From a virus (lineage: Duplodnaviria > Caudoviricetes), in the IMG/VR virus record IMGVR_UViG_3300008255_000281, positions 1 to 35,166 of that record: 35,166 nucleotides of DNA, one strand, 5' to 3'. How positions within the stretch are numbered: position 1 is the first letter of the stretch; each line of letters starts with the position of its first letter. The translations under genes and the position numbers were made by a program. Under the pieces are notes generated by a model. That model had not been told where the DNA came from. It saw nothing but the letters and a program-made list of their open reading frames with translations, and ran no database searches. This document shows, piece by piece, positions 26,263 through 35,166 of this stretch.

Positions 26263-27783
26263 ATGTACAAGATGAAATCTACAAAAGGCAGTATCATTAT
26301 CACCCTCATCATAATTGCTTCAATAATTGGAGCGAGCGTTTTTGGATATGATTTGTATTCAAAAAATACTCAGCAACAAGAAATACTTGACGGCATCTCG
26401 ACAACGCAAGCAGAGCTAGACGCTGAATTAGGTGCGTTTAGGCCGTCATCCTATACCGGGAAACTTTTGACCAGACTCAGTGAAGGCGGGTCAGAGTCAA
26501 CCTTTAACACGACTCCGGGTACAGCAAAAGACAGTTCGACCCTAACCACCGCTAAAATTGGAGACTTCGCCGTATTTACAATCAATCCGGGTGCGGCAAA
26601 TGAAGAAAAAATCAGCGTGTCGGCCGTATCGGTATCAGGCACAACAGCAACATGGACAATCATCAATCGCGGACTTTCGTTCACTGAAAATGTCGCTATC
26701 ACGGCAAACAAAAAGCAACATGCAATAGGTGAGACTGTCATCATCTCAAACGATGACCACTATATCAATCAGCAATATGTTAATGTAGATGATGCACAGA
26801 CTATTTCAGGAATAAAAACATTCTCCGCGTCTCCTCTTGCGCCAACGCCAACAACCGATAGCCAAGTGGCGATTAAGTCTTATGTGGATGGTGTAGCCCT
26901 TGTATCGGCCCCAGACGCAAATGAGACGACAAAAGGAGTGATTGAGCTATCCACCGCCGCAGAAGCGGCCGCTGGAACATCCCTAGGCTCCACAGGAGCA
27001 CGCTTAGTGCTTCCGGGCTCCTTGGCTACCTCTACCCCTAATGCAAGCACTGCTACGGGCAATATAGTGGCTTCCTTGGGACGCTACATCAAGCAGACGT
27101 GGCTGGATTTGAGCGAGGCGTTTAGTTTCTCTGGTGGACTTACAAGTACAGCAACAACAACTATTGCTGCTTCTGGCGTGGCATCTGCGCCACTCACACT
27201 CAATGGCATTTCCTACCAATTTCCGAGCGCTGATGCAACGGCTAGTGGATATTCGTTGACATCTAACGCATCGGGTGTACTTTCGTGGGCAAGCACTACA
27301 AATAAATTATTCGCGACAACAACACCTTCTGTCTTTACCGGGGCAACAAGCCATACAATTCTAACCACAACAATCCCTGCCAATATAATTACTGGAACGA
27401 ATGGTATATCTGGTGAATTTATGGCAAGTTTGAGAAGTGTGGCGACTACTGAAAAAACTATAACTCTTGCTTACGGTGGAACAACTTGTGGAACAGCAAC
27501 TGTTACACCCGACGCAAATACCGATACCACTTTGTATGGAAAAATTGAAATAATAATTCAAGCAAACAATTCATCAAGTGCGCAAATCTGTTCTGTTAGA
27601 TTTTTAGGACAACTTAATGATATTGTCGTCGTAACAACATCAGGCAATCCAAGCGTCAGCATGTTTGGTAATGGTTCAGCAGTTGAAGACGCGACATCTG
27701 CCCAAACACTTGTAATTACTTTCGCGCAAAATATAAGTGACACATTCACCATTTATAACGGGTTTATTAACTGGATAAGATAA
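26263..27783 (+). CDS. Tail fibre-like protein with N-terminal membrane anchor
   Basis: QTISGIKTF, KSYVD, A.ETTKGVIELST fibre motifs; KG-SIIITLIIIASII N-terminus (start may be 26272). Confidence 0.7.
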   Translation: MYKMKSTKGSIIITLIIIASIIGASVFGYDLYSKNTQQQEILDGISTTQAELDAELGAFRPSSYTGKLLTRLSEGGSESTFNTTPGTAKDSSTLTTAKIGDFAVFTINPGAANEEKISVSAVSVSGTTATWTIINRGLSFTENVAITANKKQHAIGETVIISNDDHYINQQYVNVDDAQTISGIKTFSASPLAPTPTTDSQVAIKSYVDGVALVSAPDANETTKGVIELSTAAEAAAGTSLGSTGARLVLPGSLATSTPNASTATGNIVASLGRYIKQTWLDLSEAFSFSGGLTSTATTTIAASGVASAPLTLNGISYQFPSADATASGYSLTSNASGVLSWASTTNKLFATTTPSVFTGATSHTILTTTIPANIITGTNGISGEFMASLRSVATTEKTITLAYGGTTCGTATVTPDANTDTTLYGKIEIIIQANNSSSAQICSVRFLGQLNDIVVVTTSGNPSVSMFGNGSAVEDATSAQTLVITFAQNISDTFTIYNGFINWIR

Positions 27784-27788
27784 CCACC

Positions 27789-29645
27789 ATGTCCATAGAC
27801 GCCTTCGGTAGGGAACTCACAGAATCGGGACAACTTGCGGTCGCACCAACTGGAGCGGTGCTTTCTGCTAATGGTAATTATTATATCAACGGAAAAAGCT
27901 ATGGTGTAGCACCGGGTGGCACATCGACATCGGGGGATTACGGTATTCAGTTGCCCGATCAACCAGAACTCGCAAACCAAGGTGGTAGTGCAGAGACTGA
28001 TTATTCTAAGCTTCTATCAGCGTCATTGCCTGCGGTGGATGAGGCAGACATTAAAGCTCAAACAGAAGCACAATATAATCCACTAAGAGCAACAATCGAA
28101 GCTAATTACCAACAGAAAATTGAAGAACAAAAAGGACTTGGTGCGGAAGAACAGAGAACACTTAGCGCGCAATTAGGTACTGGCAGACGTTTTTCTTCTT
28201 CGGCGCAGGCGTTTATGAAGTATATCTCCAATGAGAACAGCAAGAAGATTGCCACACTTGAAGTGCAAATGGAGGATGCTTTGGCAAACTTTGATTTTCA
28301 GATGGCTGATGTGATCAATAGTCGTATTCAGACTGAACGTGCAAACCAACAGCAGGATTTCGATAATATGACGAAGATTTTACAGGCCGCTAGTCAAAAA
28401 ACAACAGAAAAAAAGGATGAATCAATTGTAAAATCAGACAAGGATGCAGCCATATTAAGCGCAATTTCAGATGGAGACACTGATATTGTAAGCATTTTTA
28501 CAAAGGTTAGAGAGAGTAGGGCAGATATAACTATTGAAGACATATCGTCTTCACTTGAATCAATGGGCAAATCACTAGGAATTAAAGAGGGTGCAGTCGA
28601 CAAATTGACTGGAGACTCCAAAAACTTCTTCATTCTTAAAGACACACCTAACGCACTCCCAGAATCAATCACTAATTTACCAGAAAATCAACAACTAGAA
28701 GCGTATCTGAAATGGGTTGAAACTGGAGCGGGATCAAAAACAGTTATAAAAGGAGGAGCTGTGCCGGGAATGGACACTTACGATAGCAACATTCTGGTCG
28801 CTCGGCTAGGAAAACAGATTTATGGGACAAGAATCTCAGATGCAGAAAGTGAAAGAGTACAGGGATTTATTACGAGTGGTATGGCCCAAGGCAAGAGCGA
28901 GAATGAAATTATTGACGACGTGCTTGGTTTCAAAATTGAGAGAAATAGACCACTTGCTGAATCACTTAAAAATTCACTTCTAGCGACAACCAGCGAAGAA
29001 GGACTTGCGGGATTTGATATGCTTGGGCTATCTCGTCTTATTAACGCCGGGCAAGACTCAGCCGCAATTCAAAAAGTTGAAAACTTTAAGATGCAGGAGG
29101 CTCAAAAGCTCGTAGGGTCAGATACTTTTGTGACTGAATCTGATGTCAAATATGTGTCTGATAAGGTAGACGAGATAACCGCACTCTTAGGTGCTGGCTG
29201 GTCTAATGAAGTGGGCGCCTTCTCAGGTAATTTTGGAGCTTGGATAAACAAAAAATTTGGAGGATTTGGACTCGCAGGAGACTCGGTAAAGATAAAAGCC
29301 AAAATAACATCTCTAACCGCAAGTATGGTTAATAAACGTGCTGGATCTGCCCTGACTGACACTGAATGGAATAGACTAGTTGCGGCGAACGTGCCACAAA
29401 TGAATGAGGCCGCTTCAACTTGGGCGACAAAGATGTCTGAATTGGTAGATGATCCACTCACTCGTCTTAATTCGCAAAGACAAATGGTAGTATTGCCTGA
29501 ATTATCGCGCGAGAATATCAAAGACCCAACGACTAAGATAGGTGTTTATTCAAAAATTACGCCATCATTTGAAAACGCTGTTTTGAAAGACGAATTAGAC
29601 AATTTTGCATTACCAGATGAAGATTTTTGGGGCAAACAACAATAA
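27789..29645 (+). CDS. Putative DNA ejection/internal virion protein
   Basis: Helical Q/A-rich coiled coil, RAGSALTDTE motif, podovirus position. Confidence 0.55.
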   Translation: MSIDAFGRELTESGQLAVAPTGAVLSANGNYYINGKSYGVAPGGTSTSGDYGIQLPDQPELANQGGSAETDYSKLLSASLPAVDEADIKAQTEAQYNPLRATIEANYQQKIEEQKGLGAEEQRTLSAQLGTGRRFSSSAQAFMKYISNENSKKIATLEVQMEDALANFDFQMADVINSRIQTERANQQQDFDNMTKILQAASQKTTEKKDESIVKSDKDAAILSAISDGDTDIVSIFTKVRESRADITIEDISSSLESMGKSLGIKEGAVDKLTGDSKNFFILKDTPNALPESITNLPENQQLEAYLKWVETGAGSKTVIKGGAVPGMDTYDSNILVARLGKQIYGTRISDAESERVQGFITSGMAQGKSENEIIDDVLGFKIERNRPLAESLKNSLLATTSEEGLAGFDMLGLSRLINAGQDSAAIQKVENFKMQEAQKLVGSDTFVTESDVKYVSDKVDEITALLGAGWSNEVGAFSGNFGAWINKKFGGFGLAGDSVKIKAKITSLTASMVNKRAGSALTDTEWNRLVAANVPQMNEAASTWATKMSELVDDPLTRLNSQRQMVVLPELSRENIKDPTTKIGVYSKITPSFENAVLKDELDNFALPDEDFWGKQQ

Positions 29646-29650
29646 AAAAC

Positions 29651-31537
29651 ATGGCCACACTGCAAGAACTAATTGAATACTCGAAGGCGAATCCGACATC
29701 GGATATTGCCAAAAAAACCAGAAAAGCTATTGAATCTGGAATATACGACGAAGAAGCTAATAATTCGGGGATTGATTTATCTTGGGCAGGCAGACCAACA
29801 ACCACTGCTACTCCAAATGCAAACATGACAACTATGCCGGCGGAAGAAGAAAAAGATTTTTTAAGTAAAACTGGACCGTCATTCAAGGCCGATCTAGGTG
29901 GTGCTGAGTCTATTCTGCCTAACTTAACCAAAGTAGCCGGCAACATACCAAGTTCTGCTAGAGACATAGCCAGAATGTCTATTGCGCCGGTCAATCCATT
30001 TGATATTGAAAGTCCAGTGAACATCGGAAAAAATATAGTTGAAAGCGTAATCGCTAGTAGAGATATTTTGAGAAATAGAGGTGTTGTAGATGGGACAAAA
30101 GATGTGCTCGGTGGCTTTGCTGATACATACTTAAAACTTGGAGAAAAAATATATGGTGGCCTAGAGAAAGCGTACAATGCGCTACTGGACGATCCGGGGA
30201 AAGCACTGACTGATGTAGGGACAGATATTGCAAAAATAGGTATTGAGGATCCTTTATTTATACCGACACTTCTGTATGGTGGCAAGAAAACTGGAGCAAT
30301 AAAAACAGATGTCATATCTACAGTAGCAAGGCCGGTCACAAAAACAGCAGGAAATATCGCACAAAAAGTTATAAAAGAAACAGGTGATCTGGCTGTTGAT
30401 TTGAAAAATGTTGCTACAGCAACAAAAAGAAAACTTGTTGAAGCATTGCCAGACAAGGCAAAAATGAGGTCAATCTTTACAAACATAGATGAACAGGTGT
30501 TTAGGCGACTTGAAAATAATGATAAAACATCACGTCTCCGCTCTGGAAGTTATCCAGCTGAAGTGAAATCGGCAATAGAAACACTTGAGACTGGAACTAA
30601 AAATCCATATATCAATCTCGCACAGGATGTTTCTGACAGGATCACATCTCTTTCAGATGATGCAAAAATAAAATTCTCGGAAACCGCAAAATCTTATGTC
30701 GAAAAAGGGGAAAAATTTGATGTTGGAGCAAGAATAAAAGAGGTGTTTGATTCAGTCGATAGTTTCAAAACTGGGAAAGATATTAAATTCATAGAAGCCA
30801 GAGATAGGAGTGGTAAAATAACAGGGTACAAACTTAAAAAAGGACGATATAGCCCATTTTCCTCTTCTGAAATTTCAAATCTAAATGAACTTATAGGGGA
30901 CATTCGGTCAGCACGAAATATAAGTTCTGACGAATTGATAGCTTTAGACCAAAAATTTTCGACATATTACAGAAGAGTATCTGACGCGGCAGGAGCAACA
31001 CCATATCATGTTGCTGTTATGGAGCTCAAGGAGGCAACTGAAAATCGTATCAGGAATCTATTGTCCGGCGAATTAAAAGATGCTTATACTTACTACTCAA
31101 ATGTTTCTGACCTTAAAATAAATCTTGGAAATAAAATTATAGGACCAGATGGGGTTGTGAAAGATACCGCTGAACAATTCTTAGCGAACATAAACAATCT
31201 AAATAAAGGTGCGTTACAAAATAAAATCAATAATTATTCAAATATACTTGATATGGATTTAGTGGCATCAAGTCAGGCAATCAGTGACGCAAAAAAACTA
31301 ATGCTTACGCAAGCTCCAACTTCGGGTAGGGTAAAGGATATGCTTATGACGTATGGATTTGGTGGATTAGGAGCGGGATTTGGGTCTATGGTAGGAATGC
31401 CTGTTGTTGGAGCTGTTGGGGGCGCAGCGGCTGGCATGAAACTCACTTCTCCAAAGTTTGTTGGTGCTCGAGCAATTCAGGAGGCATTATCCAATACAAA
31501 ACCCATTGCAGAAATAAAAATACCCAATATACGATAG
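29651..31537 (+). CDS. Putative DNA ejection/internal virion protein
   Basis: Helical, C-terminal Gly-rich hydrophobic segment GFGGLGAGFG...SP; ORF is open from 29627. Confidence 0.55.
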   Translation: MATLQELIEYSKANPTSDIAKKTRKAIESGIYDEEANNSGIDLSWAGRPTTTATPNANMTTMPAEEEKDFLSKTGPSFKADLGGAESILPNLTKVAGNIPSSARDIARMSIAPVNPFDIESPVNIGKNIVESVIASRDILRNRGVVDGTKDVLGGFADTYLKLGEKIYGGLEKAYNALLDDPGKALTDVGTDIAKIGIEDPLFIPTLLYGGKKTGAIKTDVISTVARPVTKTAGNIAQKVIKETGDLAVDLKNVATATKRKLVEALPDKAKMRSIFTNIDEQVFRRLENNDKTSRLRSGSYPAEVKSAIETLETGTKNPYINLAQDVSDRITSLSDDAKIKFSETAKSYVEKGEKFDVGARIKEVFDSVDSFKTGKDIKFIEARDRSGKITGYKLKKGRYSPFSSSEISNLNELIGDIRSARNISSDELIALDQKFSTYYRRVSDAAGATPYHVAVMELKEATENRIRNLLSGELKDAYTYYSNVSDLKINLGNKIIGPDGVVKDTAEQFLANINNLNKGALQNKINNYSNILDMDLVASSQAISDAKKLMLTQAPTSGRVKDMLMTYGFGGLGAGFGSMVGMPVVGAVGGAAAGMKLTSPKFVGARAIQEALSNTKPIAEIKIPNIR

Positions 31538-31598
31538 CTAGTGCTATGTGGTTTATCACATTTACACTATACCACAACGTAGAATAAAAGCAACATAA

Positions 31599-32468
31599 AT
31601 GTCAACTATCGAACAAATTAAACAAGGAATGCGAATGAAAGAAGCCCTCAAAAAAGACCCAATAACGGCTTTACAGGGGCTTTTTTCTGGCTCAATAGAT
31701 AAACAGTTTGATGGGATCCTTAAAAAAGCCATTGATTCAGTGTTGCCGGATATTCTCAAAGAAGTAGTCGGCGGAATACTGCACAATAAAGCTGTTTTAG
31801 ATTATGTTTCGGGCCAAGTATTTGCTAGCATTAGGCAACCAGAGGACGGCTACACTCCGCAAAAAGGAATAGACTATAATGATGGGCTTCCAGGAGAGCC
31901 GGGATACACACCTCAGAAAGGTAAAGACTATTTTACCCAAACAGAAATACAAGAGATCATTCGGATGGTCTTTGCCAAAATTGAAATACCAGAAATAAAA
32001 GATGGTATGACACCTAAAAAATATGTGGACTATTTTACTCCAGAAGATATTAAGACAATGGTTGACAGAGTCATCAGCCAAGTGCCAGAACAGAAAACAC
32101 CAGCGCAAATTGTTGCCGGTATCAACGAGTTACCAGTAACACCAGACAAACAGATAGACGCCAAGCACATTAAAAATCTACCGAAAAACAAGAGTGTAGA
32201 AACTGCGGGCACTATTCATCGTGGTGGAGGCGATATTTTCTATATTGATGATATATCGGATCAAACAAATGGGATAACTTATGTCTTTACTTTGACCAAA
32301 AAACCAAAAGCGATCACAAAATTCATTCTGCTATGCTCCGACTTCCCTTCAGTACTTCGCCCGACTGTTGACTTCACCATTTCAGGAAAAGTACTCACAC
32401 TTAATAATGTGCAGTTACCAGAAGCACCGACTAGCGGATCAACGTTAATTGCACAATATACAATATAA
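31599..32468 (+). CDS. Tail-associated protein with DGxTPxKGxDY repeats
   Basis: Three GYTPQKGxDY-type repeats; C-terminal TNG...FTL...DFTISG...AP module. Confidence 0.65.
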   Translation: MSTIEQIKQGMRMKEALKKDPITALQGLFSGSIDKQFDGILKKAIDSVLPDILKEVVGGILHNKAVLDYVSGQVFASIRQPEDGYTPQKGIDYNDGLPGEPGYTPQKGKDYFTQTEIQEIIRMVFAKIEIPEIKDGMTPKKYVDYFTPEDIKTMVDRVISQVPEQKTPAQIVAGINELPVTPDKQIDAKHIKNLPKNKSVETAGTIHRGGGDIFYIDDISDQTNGITYVFTLTKKPKAITKFILLCSDFPSVLRPTVDFTISGKVLTLNNVQLPEAPTSGSTLIAQYTI

Positions 32469-34354
32469 TGCTTGACAAAATAAAAAGATTTATAAAAAGA
32501 TTATGGTATGCAAACTACCAAGAGCCGGAAGCAACTCTAGGTGCGCCAACATCAGCAAGTTATAGAGATTTGCTACCTTTTGCTGACAGTACTTATGATT
32601 TAGGATCAAATACAAAACGTTGGGCCAATGTATATGCTGACAATTATGATGGGGTTGACCTCTCAGGTTATGTACCACAACACAAAGCCGGTGCCAATCC
32701 AACGGCCAATGATGACAGCGCCAACACTTCAGGAAATGGAACATTCACAATTGGAGATTTGTGGCTCAATACTAATGACGGTGGATTGTTCCAAGTGCGT
32801 GATACGACACCAACCACAGCAGAATGGCGTGAGGTCGCTAAACTAAATGCTGACGGCGACTTAGAGGGCATTTTAATTCCTCGCTCAGGTACGGCCACAG
32901 AGATAGACGCTATTGTGCTACAGGGTGGAGAAGTAGCCGTGACAACCGACACTAATCAGCTTCGTATTGGAGATGGTATAACCGGTGGTGGAAATGCGAT
33001 GCAGAGCGAACTCTATGATGTGAACTATATTCCAGCAGATGGCACGATTGGAATTGCACCCACTCCAATAATCACAACAGGAACTGATATATCATTCAGC
33101 ACGATTTTTGGATTGTCTCGTAGAATAAACCGAGTTACTGGTAGTTGGGTTGATGATGGTTTCGTGACGGGTATGGTAATTACCGTTACGGGTAGCGTTA
33201 ATACCGGTCCATATACATTAACTGGAGTAAGTGCAACATCTTTATCACTTACGAGCTCAATTTGGACAAATGAAAGCGCTGGAGCTGAAGTGACGGTGAC
33301 TTCTATATTAACATACCCACAATTTCAATTCACAACTGATAGGCTTTTATGGGCTGGGAATGTTCGTTTCCAAAACACAGCGGGCACTCATTATATTGAC
33401 ATCAGCAATAGCGCTGGATATCCAACATTAACACCATCTGGCACAGATAGAATAGGTCTTTTGGGAAATCTAAATGTTGGTAGTTTATATTGGTCAAACC
33501 CATCTACTGGCATTTTTAATATAATGATAGGTGTGGTTCCTGACGGTTTTGGCTCTCAATTTCTTTTTGACCCCCAAACTTCACCTATACCTTTCACGAT
33601 TAAACTTAACGCCGGTTTCAGAATTGCAGACACGGATTTATCGCATTATTTGACGTTCAAACCCGGGTCTAATCTCACCGCCAACCGAACTCTTACTTTC
33701 ACCACAGGGGATGCTGACAGAACATTAACACTCTCTGCTAACGTAACGCTCAACCAGAGCGTAGCAACAAACAGCTCACCGACGTTCGCAAACATCACAG
33801 ATAGCGGGCTCACTGCCTCAAAAGTAGTGTTCTCCAGTGGGTCTAAAGTTTTGACATCTACTGGAATAGGCACATCGGCGCAATTCATTAAAGGCGACGG
33901 CTCCCTAGATAGCTCAACATATCTCACTACAGAAAGCGATCCTGTCTTCACAGCATCGGAGGCCGCGAGCTTTGTCTCGGGAGACAAAGCTAATCTTGAC
34001 AATCAATCAGGAACGAATACCGGCGACCAAACATATATACCACCACGTGTCGGCACGACAGCGACAGTAGATGGGAGTGGCAATATCACACCAACAGGCG
34101 ATAGTAGTGATATGTACACTGTGACTGCGTTAGACGCTAATGCTACTATTCTTGCGCCAACTGGGACACCAACAGATGGACAAAAATTACTCTTACGGAT
34201 ACTTGATAACGGTACTGCGCGAACGCTGACATGGAATGCTATCTATAGGGGGATAAATTTAGTTTTGCCGGCTACCACAGTCGTGAGTGAAACAATGTAC
34301 ATTCAGTGTATATACAATAGTGCCGACAGTAAGTGGGATGTTGTGGCGGCGTAA
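32468..34354 (+). CDS. Tail fibre / receptor-binding protein
   Basis: YDLGS..KRW, PTANDD...GDLWLN, L.GGEVA..TDT..LRIGDG, SGTNTGDQ fibre modules. Confidence 0.75.
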   Translation: MLDKIKRFIKRLWYANYQEPEATLGAPTSASYRDLLPFADSTYDLGSNTKRWANVYADNYDGVDLSGYVPQHKAGANPTANDDSANTSGNGTFTIGDLWLNTNDGGLFQVRDTTPTTAEWREVAKLNADGDLEGILIPRSGTATEIDAIVLQGGEVAVTTDTNQLRIGDGITGGGNAMQSELYDVNYIPADGTIGIAPTPIITTGTDISFSTIFGLSRRINRVTGSWVDDGFVTGMVITVTGSVNTGPYTLTGVSATSLSLTSSIWTNESAGAEVTVTSILTYPQFQFTTDRLLWAGNVRFQNTAGTHYIDISNSAGYPTLTPSGTDRIGLLGNLNVGSLYWSNPSTGIFNIMIGVVPDGFGSQFLFDPQTSPIPFTIKLNAGFRIADTDLSHYLTFKPGSNLTANRTLTFTTGDADRTLTLSANVTLNQSVATNSSPTFANITDSGLTASKVVFSSGSKVLTSTGIGTSAQFIKGDGSLDSSTYLTTESDPVFTASEAASFVSGDKANLDNQSGTNTGDQTYIPPRVGTTATVDGSGNITPTGDSSDMYTVTALDANATILAPTGTPTDGQKLLLRILDNGTARTLTWNAIYRGINLVLPATTVVSETMYIQCIYNSADSKWDVVAA

Positions 34355-34368
34355 AATAAATATAAAAT

Positions 34369-35004
34369 ATGTCAATCATAGATGGATTAGTAGCTCATTA
34401 TACTTTTGACCCGCGATATGTGACTTCAACAACAGTTGCCGATACCAGTGGCAATGGTTATACGGGGACAATTAGTGGCAATCCAACACCAACAATTGGC
34501 AAAATTGGCCAAGGATTTTCGTTTGATGGCAATGGGGATTACGTTAATGTCGGAGATGTAGATACCAATAACGTGACCTGGTCCTTTTGGATAAAGCCAG
34601 ATCTGAGCGCTATCACAGTATTACTATTTAAATCTCAATCTTATTATTTGCAGTTGAAGACAGAGGGGGAGATACGACTGAGACCTTATGGGACTTCGCC
34701 GGCAGCTCTCTTTACGGGCCTAGGTATGACTCAGGATGAGTGGAGCTATGTTACGTTAACTTGGGATGGGACTTCTTTAAAGACATATCAAGACGGAGCT
34801 TTAGTGAATACCCAATCATTGACGGGTAGTTTCATACAAAATAACGACCAACTGTACATTGGGTACTCATCAGGCGATATCGCTGGTACTCCATTTAAAG
34901 GTTCTCTCGACGATGTCCGCATCTACAGCCGGGCGCTGTCGCAAAGTGAAATCACGAGGCTGTATAATTGGCGCGGCTCACAAAACATGTTCAAAGGCAT
35001 ATGA
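34369..35004 (+). CDS. LamG/concanavalin A-like lectin domain protein
   Basis: GLVAHYTFD...DTSGNG, FDG..DYV, WIKP, FKGSLDDVRIYSRALS. Confidence 0.9.
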   Translation: MSIIDGLVAHYTFDPRYVTSTTVADTSGNGYTGTISGNPTPTIGKIGQGFSFDGNGDYVNVGDVDTNNVTWSFWIKPDLSAITVLLFKSQSYYLQLKTEGEIRLRPYGTSPAALFTGLGMTQDEWSYVTLTWDGTSLKTYQDGALVNTQSLTGSFIQNNDQLYIGYSSGDIAGTPFKGSLDDVRIYSRALSQSEITRLYNWRGSQNMFKGI

Positions 35005-35166
35005 TTACAATACGAGGCAGAGCAACTGGGGGAAAAATCACAGCTCGACCATTAAGTGAGATTGATTTTTCAATTACCACACAAGCACGGAACACAATTA
35101 TTGACGAGGGAAGTACGGAAGAAAATGCGATCGACGATGTAGTGCGTACAACTTATACCGGAGCGG
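35001..35166 (+). CDS. 5' part of a gene running off the right edge (probably the N-terminus of the Ig/trypsin protein)
   Basis: ATGA overlap with the LamG gene; 55 codons with no stop, MITIRGRATGG...TTYTGA. Confidence 0.7.
   Translation, partial: MITIRGRATGGKITARPLSEIDFSITTQARNTIIDEGSTEENAIDDVVRTTYTGA

Larger units (their letters stand above)
1..35166 (+). mobile_element. Tailed bacteriophage genome (podovirus-like), probably complete and circularly permuted
   Basis: Terminase, portal, scaffold, capsid, tail, lysis and replication modules are all co-oriented; the ORF at the right end continues in frame at the left end. Confidence 0.93.

Noticed and set aside
19158-30486. Long minus-strand ORFs (19158..19853, 24461..24964, 29557..30486 and others)
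   Set aside because: Fully antisense to well-supported + strand genes and carry no recognisable motifs
1-35166. Stop-codon reassignment (TAG or TGA)
   Set aside because: Both codons end many genes with tight coupling (e.g. ATGA overlaps), and long genes are intact in code 11

Overview
The window looks like an essentially complete, circularly permuted ~35.2 kb tailed-phage genome with a podovirus-like (P22/T7-style, no tape measure) structural module. All credible genes are on the + strand. An ORF starting at 35001 runs off the right end and continues in frame into the ORF at the left end. Gene order: tail/lysis enzymes (trypsin-like, papain-like, HNH, amidase, holin, lysozyme-like); early small genes and a 12-bp-repeat DUF6745-like gene; a two-gene moron; recombination genes; a stand-alone DnaA domain IV protein; an initiator with internal iterons; RusA; a GroEL-like chaperonin; terminase, portal, scaffold, capsid; tail, ejection and fibre genes. 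I recognised no integrase, polymerase, helicase or CRISPR array. AT-rich, mostly SD-less leaders fit a Patescibacteria/CPR-type host, but that is only an inference. Most notable: (1) phased DnaA-box-like motifs before four promoters plus a phage DnaA-IV protein; (2) several virion proteins with an N-terminal membrane anchor followed by an LG(G/A) motif, alongside three phage proteases; (3) a second iteron array outside the origin; (4) three +1 frame breaks at a homopolymer codon plus stop; (5) two structured intergenic RNAs. All protein calls come from motif recognition by eye, with no database search.
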